64,000 bases of DNA from a virus (IMGVR_UViG_2799113015_000003:1-64000), one strand, 5' to 3'. Positions 1 through 8,474 are shown, numbered from the stretch's first letter. Program-made: numbers and translations. Notes: generated from the sequence alone by a model not told the origin.

Positions 1-250
1 ATGAGTGAGCCTGAAGTGGTTGCTTACGAAATGCGTCCGTACGACAGATACTATGCGGGATGGATTCTGGCTATGTCGCGGTCACCACGGGTCACTGCCG
101 AGCGGATGCGGGAAGTGATCGCAGACGCGAAGGTAAGAATTGCCCGGTATCAACTAACCCATACCAACTAATAGAGAGGCACGTGAACCCATTGCGTGAC
201 TCACAGGAGCAATTCTGTGGGTTGCGTTGTGTGCTCACGACACACAATCC

Positions 251-267
251 ACACACGGAAGGGATTA
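251..267 (+). promoter_or_regulatory. start-associated conserved motif (ACACACGGAAGGGATTA) 3 nt upstream of ATG 271
   Basis: One of nine copies of the motif consensus CACACGGAAGGGATAC seen directly upstream of start codons; contains a purine-rich SD-like core GGAAGGGA. Confidence 0.6.
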
Positions 268-270
268 GAA

Positions 271-804
271 ATGGAATTCACAGAAGTTTACAACGAAAAC
301 GGTGTGGCCATTATCGCTGTAAATGATCGCGGCGTCAGTGGTAAAGCCACAGTATCGCTCTATGTTCATGTGCCTAGGCATGACAACGACAATGAGTTTG
401 TGACCCCTGCTGTCCATATTCGATTCAATGGACGCGTGACAATTAACAATAAGGACTACGACGCATGGCGGTGCAGCGCAGATTACGCGCCTGGCCGCTG
501 GGGCGGAACTGAACGCAAGGTGTTGACCGACAAGGGATTTAAGAAAGTCCACTACTCGCCCAGTGCGGGTGGGTCATTTCGCGAACTCACAGATAGCGCG
601 CGAAAGAAACTTGAACAGCTCGCAACCGTTGTAGCCGATCGATACCTAACGACCGAAGCGTCTAAGGCGGTGATCGTTGACGCGGCCAAGTACAAGGTAG
701 CGACCGCCATCAGCGAGAAAGAAAAGGCTGAGGTTGAAGTTCAAGAACGCGTTGCCGATTTGGACAGCGCGCGTGCCTATCTCGCACAAATGGAACAACT
801 CTAA
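271..804 (+). CDS. hypothetical protein (start set at the motif-associated ATG inside ORF 196..804)
   Basis: In-frame ATG at 271 (MEFTEVYNENG...) lies 3 nt after the conserved motif; the 178-aa ORF ends at 804. Confidence 0.5.
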   Translation: MEFTEVYNENGVAIIAVNDRGVSGKATVSLYVHVPRHDNDNEFVTPAVHIRFNGRVTINNKDYDAWRCSADYAPGRWGGTERKVLTDKGFKKVHYSPSAGGSFRELTDSARKKLEQLATVVADRYLTTEASKAVIVDAAKYKVATAISEKEKAEVEVQERVADLDSARAYLAQMEQL

Positions 805-877
805 GCGTATTGCTCGCTTCAGTCGGGCGCGGATTCTATCCGTGTCCGGTTGTGGCAATCAATCACGGGATTGCCTA

Positions 878-893
878 CACACGGAAGGGATAC
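878..893 (+). promoter_or_regulatory. start-associated conserved motif (CACACGGAAGGGATAC)
   Basis: Exact consensus copy; ATG at 896. Confidence 0.6.
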
Positions 894-895
894 GC

Positions 896-1480
896 ATGTC
901 AAAGAATCGGAAGTCTGACAGCCTCTCAGTTGACGAGATGGCCGATCGCCTCTATTCGATCTGGCAGAGCGCAGAACCGTGGCAGCACGATTCAGGTACT
1001 AAGTGGTATGACGCCGCCCGGCAGTGGGTTATTGAGGCTGCGGAACGTCACAACGTCAGTAATGAGGTGGTGGCCGGTGTTATCGCGGCCTACTCACCAC
1101 AGACCCGATGGGTAGACAACCTGCGGGATGCTGAGTATCACTTAGCGGGTTCTCCCCTGCGCTCTGGAGTGATGGGGGCGAACGTTCGTCGTGCCGCTGC
1201 TGTCATTGAGCAGGGACTAGATGGGCTAGGTAACGGACCCAAGGTTAAAGCGTTCGCGCGCAACATCCTTGGAGATACTGACGCTGTCACTGTAGATGTA
1301 TGGGCAGCACGGGCTGCATTCGGCACAATGGACAAAGCCGTTGCTGCACGAACGATTGCGTGGGTTGGTGCCTATGACAAGGTGGCCGACGCATACCGCA
1401 AGGCCGCTGCCAATGCTGGTGTTCCTGCCTCTGTTATGCAGGCAACCGTTTGGGTAGCCATTAGAGGCAAAGCCGAATAG
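896..1480 (+). CDS. hypothetical protein, 194 aa
   Basis: ATG at 896 (MSKNRKSDSLSV...) 2 nt after the motif, in frame with ORF 734..1480. Confidence 0.5.
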   Translation: MSKNRKSDSLSVDEMADRLYSIWQSAEPWQHDSGTKWYDAARQWVIEAAERHNVSNEVVAGVIAAYSPQTRWVDNLRDAEYHLAGSPLRSGVMGANVRRAAAVIEQGLDGLGNGPKVKAFARNILGDTDAVTVDVWAARAAFGTMDKAVAARTIAWVGAYDKVADAYRKAAANAGVPASVMQATVWVAIRGKAE

Positions 1481-1495
1481 TTCTAGATAGGCAGA

Positions 1496-1547
1496 GTGGG
1501 TCGCGAGTCTTTCTCGCGGCCCGCTTGGTGTATCTAGCACCAAAACA
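1496..1547 (+). repeat. conserved ~50-nt intergenic element (copy A) containing the imperfect hairpin GCGAGTCTTTCTCGC and the shared segment CGCGGCCCGC...TGTATCTAGC
   Basis: Aligns with copy B at 2744-2798 (GTCTTT(T)C(T)CGCGGCCCGC ... TGTAT(C/T)TAGC); both sit about 50 nt upstream of a start-associated motif. Confidence 0.45.
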
Positions 1548-1591
1548 TCCTATGACCTGCATCGATTGGGTGCGTGGTCGGATGGTTTCAC

Positions 1592-1607
1592 CACACGGAA
1601 GGGATAC
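1592..1607 (+). promoter_or_regulatory. start-associated conserved motif (CACACGGAAGGGATAC)
   Basis: Exact consensus; ATG at 1613. Confidence 0.6.
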
Positions 1608-1612
1608 AAACT

Positions 1613-2653
1613 ATGTCTGCTGAAATCGACAACGCAAACGGTGTCTACATGTACACCGACTCCCGTAATGATGCCTGGCATCAGCTGGGGCAGCGGGTCG
1701 GGCGCACTATGACAGCTGAGGAGGTTCTCAGCGCGTCGCACCTAGCTGGTTGGGACGTACGGAAGATGCCTATCAACATCCCGCAAGACCCAATCATCAA
1801 TATGGATGGGGTTACTACTCCACCTGCGATCGTCGTGCCCGACAGGTATGCAACAGTACGAACCAACCCGATTACCAAGGAGATTGACTACCTCGGGATT
1901 GTTGGCGATCGGTATGAGCCGGTGCAGAACGAGGCATCATGCGATCTGTTGAACGCCATTGTGGACGAGTCGGGTGCTCACTTCGAGACAGCCGGTGCGC
2001 TCTACAACGGTCGCCAAACGTTCGTAACCATGAAGCTACCCAAGGTGATGGATATCGCTGGTGCGAACGGTGTTACCGACCGTACCGAGTGGTATCTAGC
2101 ATCGCTCAACAGTCACGACGGCTCAAGTTCGGTGCGGGTGATCTTGACGGGTGTACGCATCGTGTGCGCCAATACTCAGCAGTGGGCGTTGAAGAGTGCA
2201 CGATCATCATTCTCTGTGCGCCACACCAAGAATGCTAAGGCGAACATTGCCGAAGCGCGGCGGCTGTTAGGTATCACCTGGCAGTCCATCGACAGTGTGG
2301 ACGCCGAGTTCCGGCGCATGGCTGAAGCTGAGATGTCCTTCATCGAAGCTGAGGAGTTTGTTCGTAAGCTGCTCAAGGCTGACGATGTTGAGCCAGGTAC
2401 GGCTGCGGCCACTCGTCGTGACAATGTCGCCAACAGCGTTCTCGATCTGTTCACCTCGTCGGAAACCATTGCGCCGGTGCGCGGTACACGTTATGCGTTG
2501 TACAACGCATTCACTGAGTATCAGGACCACTACGCAGCTGTTCGTGGAGCTGGTGGCCGGGATGCGGATGCGCGCGCACTGCGCACCATTCGCGACGCCG
2601 AGAGTGAGACCTCACTCAAGGCGCGTGCGTTCCGTGGCCTACAGCTGGTCTAA
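1613..2653 (+). CDS. hypothetical protein, 346 aa
   Basis: Long ORF; ATG 1613 (MSAEIDNANGVYMY...) 5 nt after the motif; no motif recognised with confidence. Confidence 0.55.
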   Translation: MSAEIDNANGVYMYTDSRNDAWHQLGQRVGRTMTAEEVLSASHLAGWDVRKMPINIPQDPIINMDGVTTPPAIVVPDRYATVRTNPITKEIDYLGIVGDRYEPVQNEASCDLLNAIVDESGAHFETAGALYNGRQTFVTMKLPKVMDIAGANGVTDRTEWYLASLNSHDGSSSVRVILTGVRIVCANTQQWALKSARSSFSVRHTKNAKANIAEARRLLGITWQSIDSVDAEFRRMAEAEMSFIEAEEFVRKLLKADDVEPGTAAATRRDNVANSVLDLFTSSETIAPVRGTRYALYNAFTEYQDHYAAVRGAGGRDADARALRTIRDAESETSLKARAFRGLQLV

Positions 2654-2743
2654 CGGAAATGCATATTGATGCGGGATGGGTGGTCGCGTGGCTTATCTGC
2701 GCGGCCATCTACCTAGTCCAGTACCGGAGAGCTAAATAGGGAG

Positions 2744-2798
2744 GGTGGGACGCGAAGGGGTGCAAGTCTTTTCGCGGCCCGCCCGCTGTATTTAGCAG
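2744..2798 (+). repeat. conserved ~50-nt intergenic element (copy B)
   Basis: GGGACGCGAAGGGGTGCAAGTCTTTTCGCGGCCCGCCCGCTGTATTTAGC aligns with copy A at 1496-1547. Confidence 0.45.
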
Positions 2799-2800
2799 CA

Positions 2801-2816
2801 CACACGGAAGGGATAC
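2801..2816 (+). promoter_or_regulatory. start-associated conserved motif (CACACGGAAGGGATAC)
   Basis: Exact consensus; ATG at 2819. Confidence 0.6.
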
Positions 2817-2818
2817 CA

Positions 2819-3061
2819 ATGACAACTATCGCGGCACGCCCGTTAAATGTGATCGCGGACGAGATTAAAAGGGATTGGATTAAACCGTTTTACGGCGCTG
2901 TCCCCTACTTGGATGCCATGGCTGCGCTCGGTGATATCGATGAGCGTTACGGGTGTGACTCTGCCGAGTCCATCGTTCTAGGCTTCCTGGCCAACTCTGG
3001 CAGCTGGCGCGGCAAGGTGGCGTGTCGGATCAAGAAGGAACTGACAGACATCCTGGGCTGA
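2819..3061 (+). CDS. hypothetical protein, 80 aa
   Basis: ORF begins 2 nt after the motif. Confidence 0.5.
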   Translation: MTTIAARPLNVIADEIKRDWIKPFYGAVPYLDAMAALGDIDERYGCDSAESIVLGFLANSGSWRGKVACRIKKELTDILG

Positions 3062-3100
3062 ACAGGGAGCTGTCGTACGTCTGCTGTATTCAGGCAGCAA

Positions 3101-3116
3101 TACACGGAAGGGGTAC
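3101..3116 (+). promoter_or_regulatory. start-associated conserved motif (TACACGGAAGGGGTAC variant)
   Basis: 14 of 16 nt match the consensus; ATG at 3119. Confidence 0.55.
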
Positions 3117-3118
3117 GA

Positions 3119-3325
3119 ATGCATACATCCAGCATTCTGGGGACCAAGGGTGAGGGCGTCATGTGGCAGGGCCCTGGCCGACTGAAGTATGACGAGGCCT
3201 ATAAGGAAGCCTCTGACCACGCTCTTTACTGGTTTGGCCGGAAGAGCGGTGAGGTGTCTGTGGACGAAACTAAGATCATCCACAACGGGGTTCACATTGC
3301 AAACATCCTGGTAGAGAGGATCTAG
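3119..3325 (+). CDS. hypothetical protein, 68 aa
   Basis: ORF begins 2 nt after the motif. Confidence 0.5.
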   Translation: MHTSSILGTKGEGVMWQGPGRLKYDEAYKEASDHALYWFGRKSGEVSVDETKIIHNGVHIANILVERI

Positions 3326-3362
3326 ACCATGGTAAATCGCACTGAAGAGCGGGTGACATTCC

Positions 3363-3686
3363 TTGGGGACATCTTGGACGAGGGCATGGCAGCGGCTCGG
3401 GGCACACGAGCAGTCGTGGCACGTGCGAGATGACGGTACTAATGTCGTTGAATTCCTACCCGAGGGTGAGTCACCCGCAGCCACTGTTGACATTGACGTG
3501 GTTGCGCGAGGGCTGCGCCTTATCTGCGACGGCAAGGTTGAGCACTTCAACGCCGGATATGACGGTGCCACTCGCAGTCGCATCGCGGCGTACAACCGAA
3601 CTAACGGGGATGAGGCTGACGCGGACGCAATCGACTACGACTGCATCATTCAAGCAGGTTTGTTCGGTGAGATTGTCTATAGCTAA
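3363..3686 (+). CDS. hypothetical protein, 107 aa
   Basis: ORF in the same orientation as the surrounding array of small genes; ATGA overlap with the next ORF. Confidence 0.4.
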   Translation: MGTSWTRAWQRLGAHEQSWHVRDDGTNVVEFLPEGESPAATVDIDVVARGLRLICDGKVEHFNAGYDGATRSRIAAYNRTNGDEADADAIDYDCIIQAGLFGEIVYS

Positions 3687-3943
3687 TGAGCCTGAGTAGG
3701 CAGTTTAATACGGTTGGGGAGTCAATGATCATCCCCGCTATCCTCATCGCAGGTAGCGTAATACTCACTCCCCCAACAGCTCCCGACTGTGCACGATACG
3801 ATGTGTGCAAGTATCAGCCGGGATATAACGGGCCCCTCATGCCCACCTGGAACACTCCAGGTACGTATGGGGGCTGGACAACCAACCCGGTCTTGTGTGA
3901 CCCGGTCGAGTATCAGTGTCAGCAAGTAGTACCAGGAAACTAG
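3686..3943 (+). CDS. small Cys-rich secreted or membrane protein (possible start at ATG 3725)
   Basis: Hydrophobic N-terminus IIPAILIAGSVILTPP followed by cysteines; GGGGAGTCAATG RBS-like context at 3725. Confidence 0.35.
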   Translation: MSLSRQFNTVGESMIIPAILIAGSVILTPPTAPDCARYDVCKYQPGYNGPLMPTWNTPGTYGGWTTNPVLCDPVEYQCQQVVPGN

Positions 3944-3955
3944 AAAGGGGATTCA

Positions 3956-4153
3956 ATGGTTGAGGTGTTGGCAGAAGATCAGCGCAAAGGCAAGGGGTGG
4001 CGGCTCAAACTTGCCGCAGTCCCTCGGGTTGCCGATAGTGTTCAGATTGAGGGTAAAGACGCGGAGGTGAAGAGCGTCGTTTGGATACCTCAGCCAGACG
4101 AGTTCGCTGCAGTAGTTCAGGTCAGTCTGCCAGTAAAGGGCAGGATGCTGTGA
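3956..4153 (+). CDS. hypothetical protein, 65 aa
   Basis: ORF with GAAAGGGGATTCA upstream RBS-like sequence. Confidence 0.4.
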   Translation: MVEVLAEDQRKGKGWRLKLAAVPRVADSVQIEGKDAEVKSVVWIPQPDEFAAVVQVSLPVKGRML

Positions 4154-4368
4154 GAACTAAGCAATACCGCATCACGCTGAAGATGGATGACGGATTCACG
4201 AATGAAGCTGAGGGGGAAGACCTTCCGCAGCTCGTCACCACCACCAACGCACTCGCGGCGAGACATGGCGGCGAAGACGTTCACGACTACTTAGACGAGA
4301 ACGGATCAATCATCTATACACGCAAGGGTAAGACAATCGGACGGGCTGACGTAACGCCAGTCATCTAA
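4150..4368 (+). CDS. hypothetical protein, ~72 aa (GTG start overlapping the preceding stop)
   Basis: In-frame GTG at 4150 in GTGA overlap with the stop of 3956..4153, preceded by AAGGGCAGGA. Confidence 0.35.
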   Translation: MRTKQYRITLKMDDGFTNEAEGEDLPQLVTTTNALAARHGGEDVHDYLDENGSIIYTRKGKTIGRADVTPVI

Positions 4369-4385
4369 CACATCTGAATACGGAG

Positions 4386-4432
4386 GAGCCGCAGCGGGAG
4401 TCATTCTCGTTGCGGCTCTGCTGTTTTCAGCA
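4386..4432 (+). terminator. putative intrinsic terminator
   Basis: Inverted repeat GAGCCGCAGCG...CGTTGCGGCTC followed by TGCTGTTTTCAG. Confidence 0.4.
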
Positions 4433-4475
4433 CACAGGGCATGGGACTCACGAACCCATGCCCTTTTTCTATGCC

Positions 4476-4490
4476 CAGAGGAAGGGAACG
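4476..4490 (+). promoter_or_regulatory. start-associated motif variant (CAGAGGAAGGGAACG)
   Basis: GGAAGGGA core retained; ATG at 4492. Confidence 0.45.
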
Positions 4491-4491
4491 C

Positions 4492-4959
4492 ATGTTATTG
4501 GAAGGTTGGACATCAACGCCGGTTGAATACGAACGCCTCACTCGCGCTGAGGTAGTCGAGCACGAGCGCTACTGGGCCGAGATGGTTCTCAAGGCGCGAA
4601 GCCTACGGCGCAAGTATGACCGCGCGGTATGGCTGAAGGACACAAAACGGGCTGAGAGCCTCGCAGAGGCCCTGAGATCCCTTGGCCCATCCATGTTGTA
4701 CGCCCACGGACGTTGGGAGCGTCACGGGCGCTGGAACCGGTACTACCAAGTACGTGGTGGCGCTGTACACACCACGCTGACATGCCGGTGCATCAACGGG
4801 GAGACGGTACTAAACCCGCTACCCCAATTCGCCGGTAGGTCAAGGAAGTTCATCGCAGATCGGTACAAGCTGTGCCGACACTGCGGGGACACCCACACGG
4901 GCGACATTCCTGCTGATCGAGCCTATCGGTCGTTCAAAGCCTACCTGCTCATTACCTAA
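4492..4959 (+). CDS. hypothetical protein with C-terminal Cys-rich (zinc-ribbon-like) region, 155 aa
   Basis: Start placed at the motif-associated ATG 4492 inside ORF 4441..4959; C-terminus carries CRCING...CRHCGDTH. Confidence 0.45.
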   Translation: MLLEGWTSTPVEYERLTRAEVVEHERYWAEMVLKARSLRRKYDRAVWLKDTKRAESLAEALRSLGPSMLYAHGRWERHGRWNRYYQVRGGAVHTTLTCRCINGETVLNPLPQFAGRSRKFIADRYKLCRHCGDTHTGDIPADRAYRSFKAYLLIT

Positions 4960-5004
4960 AGCGCGGTCTGACCTGCATTAAGTGGGTCGGGTTTACGTTC
5001 TGAA

Positions 5005-5023
5005 TACACGAAGGAAGGGATAC
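5005..5023 (+). promoter_or_regulatory. start-associated conserved motif (ACACGAAGGAAGGGATAC)
   Basis: Consensus with a 3-nt insertion; followed by ATG 5029 of a 26-codon mini-ORF. Confidence 0.5.
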
Positions 5024-5105
5024 CCAAAATGTTCGAAGAGGAAGAGATCGATTACGGCCCCGAGTGGTGGGGTGACTACCTCCAGGAGTCAGGGAGGTTG
5101 GCCCA

Positions 5106-5300
5106 GTGAAGTGCTCAATCAGCTACTGCTGGGAGGACTCCGTGTCCAAAGAGATGTGCGCACATCACTACCAGCAGAACTACAAGCGGGACACGCGAGG
5201 CGATCGACGCAACCGGTCACGGCTCGCTAAGCGTCTGGAGGCTAAGGGTTTCAAGGTCTCTCAGGAGTACTTAGAGCAGCGATTGGCTGGCCTACGGTGA
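5106..5300 (+). CDS. hypothetical protein, 64 aa (GTG start)
   Basis: ORF begins at a GTG overlapping the stop of the 26-codon mini-ORF 5029..5109. Confidence 0.35.
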   Translation: MKCSISYCWEDSVSKEMCAHHYQQNYKRDTRGDRRNRSRLAKRLEAKGFKVSQEYLEQRLAGLR

Positions 5301-5572
5301 GCGCGCCAGCCACTCGGGATGTGCGCTACTGGTACGAGCTTGGTAGACGCACCCTGAGTCCCGGGACAGAGGTGTCCATTAAGGGCAAGACTGGCCGGTT
5401 CCGGTTCCAGTACTGGCGGCACACCAGCTCTGGCATGGATGAACTCACGTTCGTCGGTGGGCCGCTACATGGACAGGGAGAGCGTTACGTCTCGGTCTAC
5501 CCCGAGCGTGTTACCCGGGTGCATCGAATCAACAAGACACTGACCAACATTCAGAAGGAGAAGCGCAAGTGA
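5297..5572 (+). CDS. hypothetical protein, 91 aa
   Basis: ORF with 4-nt overlap to the upstream gene. Confidence 0.4.
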   Translation: MSAPATRDVRYWYELGRRTLSPGTEVSIKGKTGRFRFQYWRHTSSGMDELTFVGGPLHGQGERYVSVYPERVTRVHRINKTLTNIQKEKRK

Positions 5573-5742
5573 GCGCCACGGTACTGGAGGCGCGGTGGCT
5601 CACGAAAGGCCACTACCTACCCGTGTATGCGGAATCGGTGGCTGAGGTGGTTCAGCTGGAGGACTTTGTCGTCGTGACGTTCGCCAGCGACCTGCCAGTG
5701 AAGGTCTTCCACGAAACCGACAAGGTCGAGGTGTGGGAATGA
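5569..5742 (+). CDS. hypothetical protein, 57 aa (GTG start)
   Basis: GTGA overlap with the upstream stop and ATGA overlap with the downstream start; not in the ORF track because it is shorter than 60 aa. Confidence 0.3.
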   Translation: MSATVLEARWLTKGHYLPVYAESVAEVVQLEDFVVVTFASDLPVKVFHETDKVEVWE

Positions 5743-5933
5743 GGTACTGCCCCACTCCCGACAAGAAGTCATATGTCAACAAAGGTGTAGCACTTCGAGC
5801 GGTTACCAGGATCCGCAAGAACAGTAGGACAAGGCACAACAAGAAGCGCTACATACCGGTGGAGCCGTACGTCTGCACATGCGGCGAATACCACCTCTGC
5901 ACTGCCGACAAAGCGAAGTTCAAACGCAAGTAG
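5739..5933 (+). CDS. small basic Cys-containing protein, 64 aa
   Basis: ATG 5739 preceded by GAGGTGTGGG; sequence MRYCPTPDKK...CTCGEYHLC; last gene before the integrase. Confidence 0.4.
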   Translation: MRYCPTPDKKSYVNKGVALRAVTRIRKNSRTRHNKKRYIPVEPYVCTCGEYHLCTADKAKFKRK

Positions 5934-5939
5934 AGAAGA

Positions 5940-5975
5940 GGGTCAGCCCACATGGGTTGGCCCTTTTCTTTTACC
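5940..5975 (+). terminator. putative intrinsic terminator
   Basis: GGGTCAGCCCACATGGGTTGGCCC stem-loop followed by TTTTCTTTT. Confidence 0.4.
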
Positions 5976-6037
5976 CAGATCGTTAGCAGACCTAACCAAA
6001 TACCCACCCAATCATTCAGTCTCCTGCGGTATCATCT

Positions 6038-7438
6038 ATGACTATGCGAGCTGCCGTCTACCTGCGCCAATCAATGGATAGAGAAGGTGACGGACTAGCC
6101 GTCGAACGTCAGCGCGAAGACTGCCTGAGGATCTGCCGTGAGCGCGGCTGGGAACCCACTCAGTACGTCGACAACGACACTAGCGCCAGCAAGGGCCGTC
6201 GACCGTCGTATGAGCGCATGCTCGCTGATATACGCAGTGGTCGCATTGATGCCGTAGTGGTGTGGGATCTTGACCGCCTACATCGTCAGCCCAAGGAGCT
6301 CGAGCAGTTCATTGAGTTGGCCGACGAGAAGCGGCTAGCGCTGGCCACTGTAGGCGGGGACGCTGATCTCTCCACCGATAACGGTCGGCTGTTCGCGCGC
6401 ATCAAAGGCGCGGTGGCCAGGGCTGAGGTGGAGCGGAAGTCAGCAAGGCAGAAGCGCGCATTTCTCCAGATGGCCCAATCTGGTAAAGGCTGGGGCCCGC
6501 GCGCATTCGGATACAACGGTGACCATGACAAGCCGAAGATCATCCTCAAGGAGGCTGAGGCCCTGAGGCGTGGCTACAAGATGCTCCTGTCGGGCGAAAC
6601 CCTCTATTCAGTTGCAAAACACTGGAATGACGCTGGCCTGAAGACCCCCCGGGGGAACCTGTTCAACGGAACCACGGTGCGCCGGATTCTTCAGAACCCG
6701 CGCTACGCAGCTGTGCGCACCTACCACGATGAAGTCGTGGGCGAGGGTAAGTGGCCTGCGATCATTGACGAGACCACCTGGCAGGCTGTGAATGCCCTCC
6801 TTAGCGACCCATCACGCCATCAGCCGCGCCAGGTTCGTAAGTACGTCCTCGGCGGCCTACTCACCTGCAGCGAGTGTGGCCACAAGATGTCTGTGGGCGT
6901 ACAGCACCGGAAAGAGGGGAATGTCCCCATCTACCGGTGCAAGCACGTCAGCTGCGGCAAGGTCACCCGACGTGTTGAGCGTATGGATGAATGGGTGAGG
7001 GAGATTGTCCTGCGCAGAATGTCGAGTCGGCATTGGGTTCCCGGCAATCAGGACAACCGGGAAAGGGCCCTCCAGCTACGGGAAGAGTTGGACACAATCA
7101 AGCAGCGAATGGACTCCCTCGCAATCGATTTCGCTGACGGAGAACTCACCGCAAGCCAGATGCGTATCGCTAATGAGCGCATGCAGGCGAAGCTGGATGA
7201 CGTTGAGGACAAGCTGCGTCGAACCAATGTGCGGCCAATCCCCGATGGGATTCTCACCGCGAAGGACCGTGGCAAGTTTTACGACGACCAGATGTCTCTG
7301 GATGCGAAACGAGCCCTCATTGAGGCCTTATGCAACTCGATTGTCGTGCATCCCCTTAACCTCAAGGGCCGCAGTGCTTCCCAGGCTCCGCTCGGGCATA
7401 ACATCGATGTCCACTGGCACAAGCCCAGTAATGGCTGA
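6038..7438 (+). CDS. int: large serine recombinase (serine integrase)
   Basis: N-terminal resolvase-type catalytic domain (AAVYLRQSMDREGDGLAVERQRE...); 466 aa with a Cys-rich zinc-ribbon and coiled-coil C-terminal region typical of phage serine integrases. Confidence 0.9.
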   Translation: MTMRAAVYLRQSMDREGDGLAVERQREDCLRICRERGWEPTQYVDNDTSASKGRRPSYERMLADIRSGRIDAVVVWDLDRLHRQPKELEQFIELADEKRLALATVGGDADLSTDNGRLFARIKGAVARAEVERKSARQKRAFLQMAQSGKGWGPRAFGYNGDHDKPKIILKEAEALRRGYKMLLSGETLYSVAKHWNDAGLKTPRGNLFNGTTVRRILQNPRYAAVRTYHDEVVGEGKWPAIIDETTWQAVNALLSDPSRHQPRQVRKYVLGGLLTCSECGHKMSVGVQHRKEGNVPIYRCKHVSCGKVTRRVERMDEWVREIVLRRMSSRHWVPGNQDNRERALQLREELDTIKQRMDSLAIDFADGELTASQMRIANERMQAKLDDVEDKLRRTNVRPIPDGILTAKDRGKFYDDQMSLDAKRALIEALCNSIVVHPLNLKGRSASQAPLGHNIDVHWHKPSNG

Positions 7439-7521
7439 GATCCGCGACAACTGCGACTGAGTGAGTGGCGGCGCATCGCCCAGGATCCTGGCGAAGATCG
7501 CCTCGTCTTCGTCTGACCATT

Positions 7522-7762
7522 TCATCGAGGTAGTGCCCCATCCACTCGCTTCATGACTTCAGCGACGAGCGCCCATGACCCATCCGAATATCGGTGGTGC
7601 AGCGTGCCTGACGCGCTGGCCTTCGGGATCTTCGTACCGTCAAGTAGTGTTGCCTCGCGCTGCTCCGCTTCCCATCGGTAGACGTATGCACTACCACGGT
7701 CTGGGTTGAACATCTCCTGGCGGGTGATGAAAACCTCCCCAATAACCCTGCTATTAAGCATT
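7522..7762 (-). CDS. hypothetical protein, ~80 aa
   Basis: ORF downstream of the phosphoesterase gene, start trimmed to an internal ATG to avoid overlap; weak RBS. Confidence 0.3.
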
Positions 7763-7772
7763 ATTGGAATGA

Positions 7773-8474
7773 CTAGCACTTTTGATCCTCCAGCTCCTGA
7801 ACGATCGCCACAATCTGATCGAGCGCCACGGGCCTGTAGTCCCACGCGTCGAGGCCGACGTGAATCTGATTGATACGTGCTGGTTTGTTGCGCAGCGCAG
7901 CGCCACGCCGCTTAGCCTCCCGGCCACCGATACTCAGCTTCTCCGGGCTATGCGTGTGGCCATGCAGGATGTAGTGCCCATAGTCCGGCAAACGCCACTC
8001 GGGATAGCGGTCCTCATCCGTGTGGTCGCCCGTGTACGGGAAGTGAGACAGCATCGCGGTTGTATGGCCATCTCTCAAGGGAATTCGAACTTTCGCGGCC
8101 AACTGCACACACTCGAATGGTGCAGGCCGGTCAGGTTGATCCTGGCCAAGATAGATGGGCAACCACTTATGCGAGTCGCGGTGCAAAGGATGTGTGCCAC
8201 AATGATTCCCTGGAATACCGCGCTTGCGGCCAGGGCGAGCACGTAGCCAATCTAGGGCCCTCAATTGCGCTGTCTTGGTACCGGACGAAATGTCACCCAA
8301 CACCCACACGACATCGTCAGGCGCAACCATACTGTCCCAGTTACGGGCCAGCTGCGAGTCATGAGAGTCGATCTCCGCGCCTACGTATCGTGGTAGCACC
8401 CATCCGCGAGTGCGTTCCCTGGCCACCTTCTCGTGGCCGATATGTAGGTCAGATGTGAACCACACCTTGCTCAT
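7773..8474 (-). CDS. calcineurin-like metallophosphoesterase
   Basis: Motifs DLHIGH, GDISSG, GNHC and GHTH, in the order characteristic of the metallophosphoesterase superfamily. Confidence 0.75.
   Translation of the reverse strand: MSKVWFTSDLHIGHEKVARERTRGWVLPRYVGAEIDSHDSQLARNWDSMVAPDDVVWVLGDISSGTKTAQLRALDWLRARPGRKRGIPGNHCGTHPLHRDSHKWLPIYLGQDQPDRPAPFECVQLAAKVRIPLRDGHTTAMLSHFPYTGDHTDEDRYPEWRLPDYGHYILHGHTHSPEKLSIGGREAKRRGAALRNKPARINQIHVGLDAWDYRPVALDQIVAIVQELEDQKC

Noticed and set aside
1574-2653. Using the longest-ORF starts from the track (196, 734, 1574, 4441) for the left-arm genes
   Set aside because: Each has an in-frame ATG 2-7 nt after the conserved start-associated motif. The upstream extensions run through the motif and its hairpin element, so the motif-proximal starts were preferred.
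6286-7476. Several ORFs antisense or out of frame within the integrase gene (6286..6549, 6792..6998, 7005..7460, 7048..7275)
   Set aside because: They are fully contained in the strongly supported integrase CDS.
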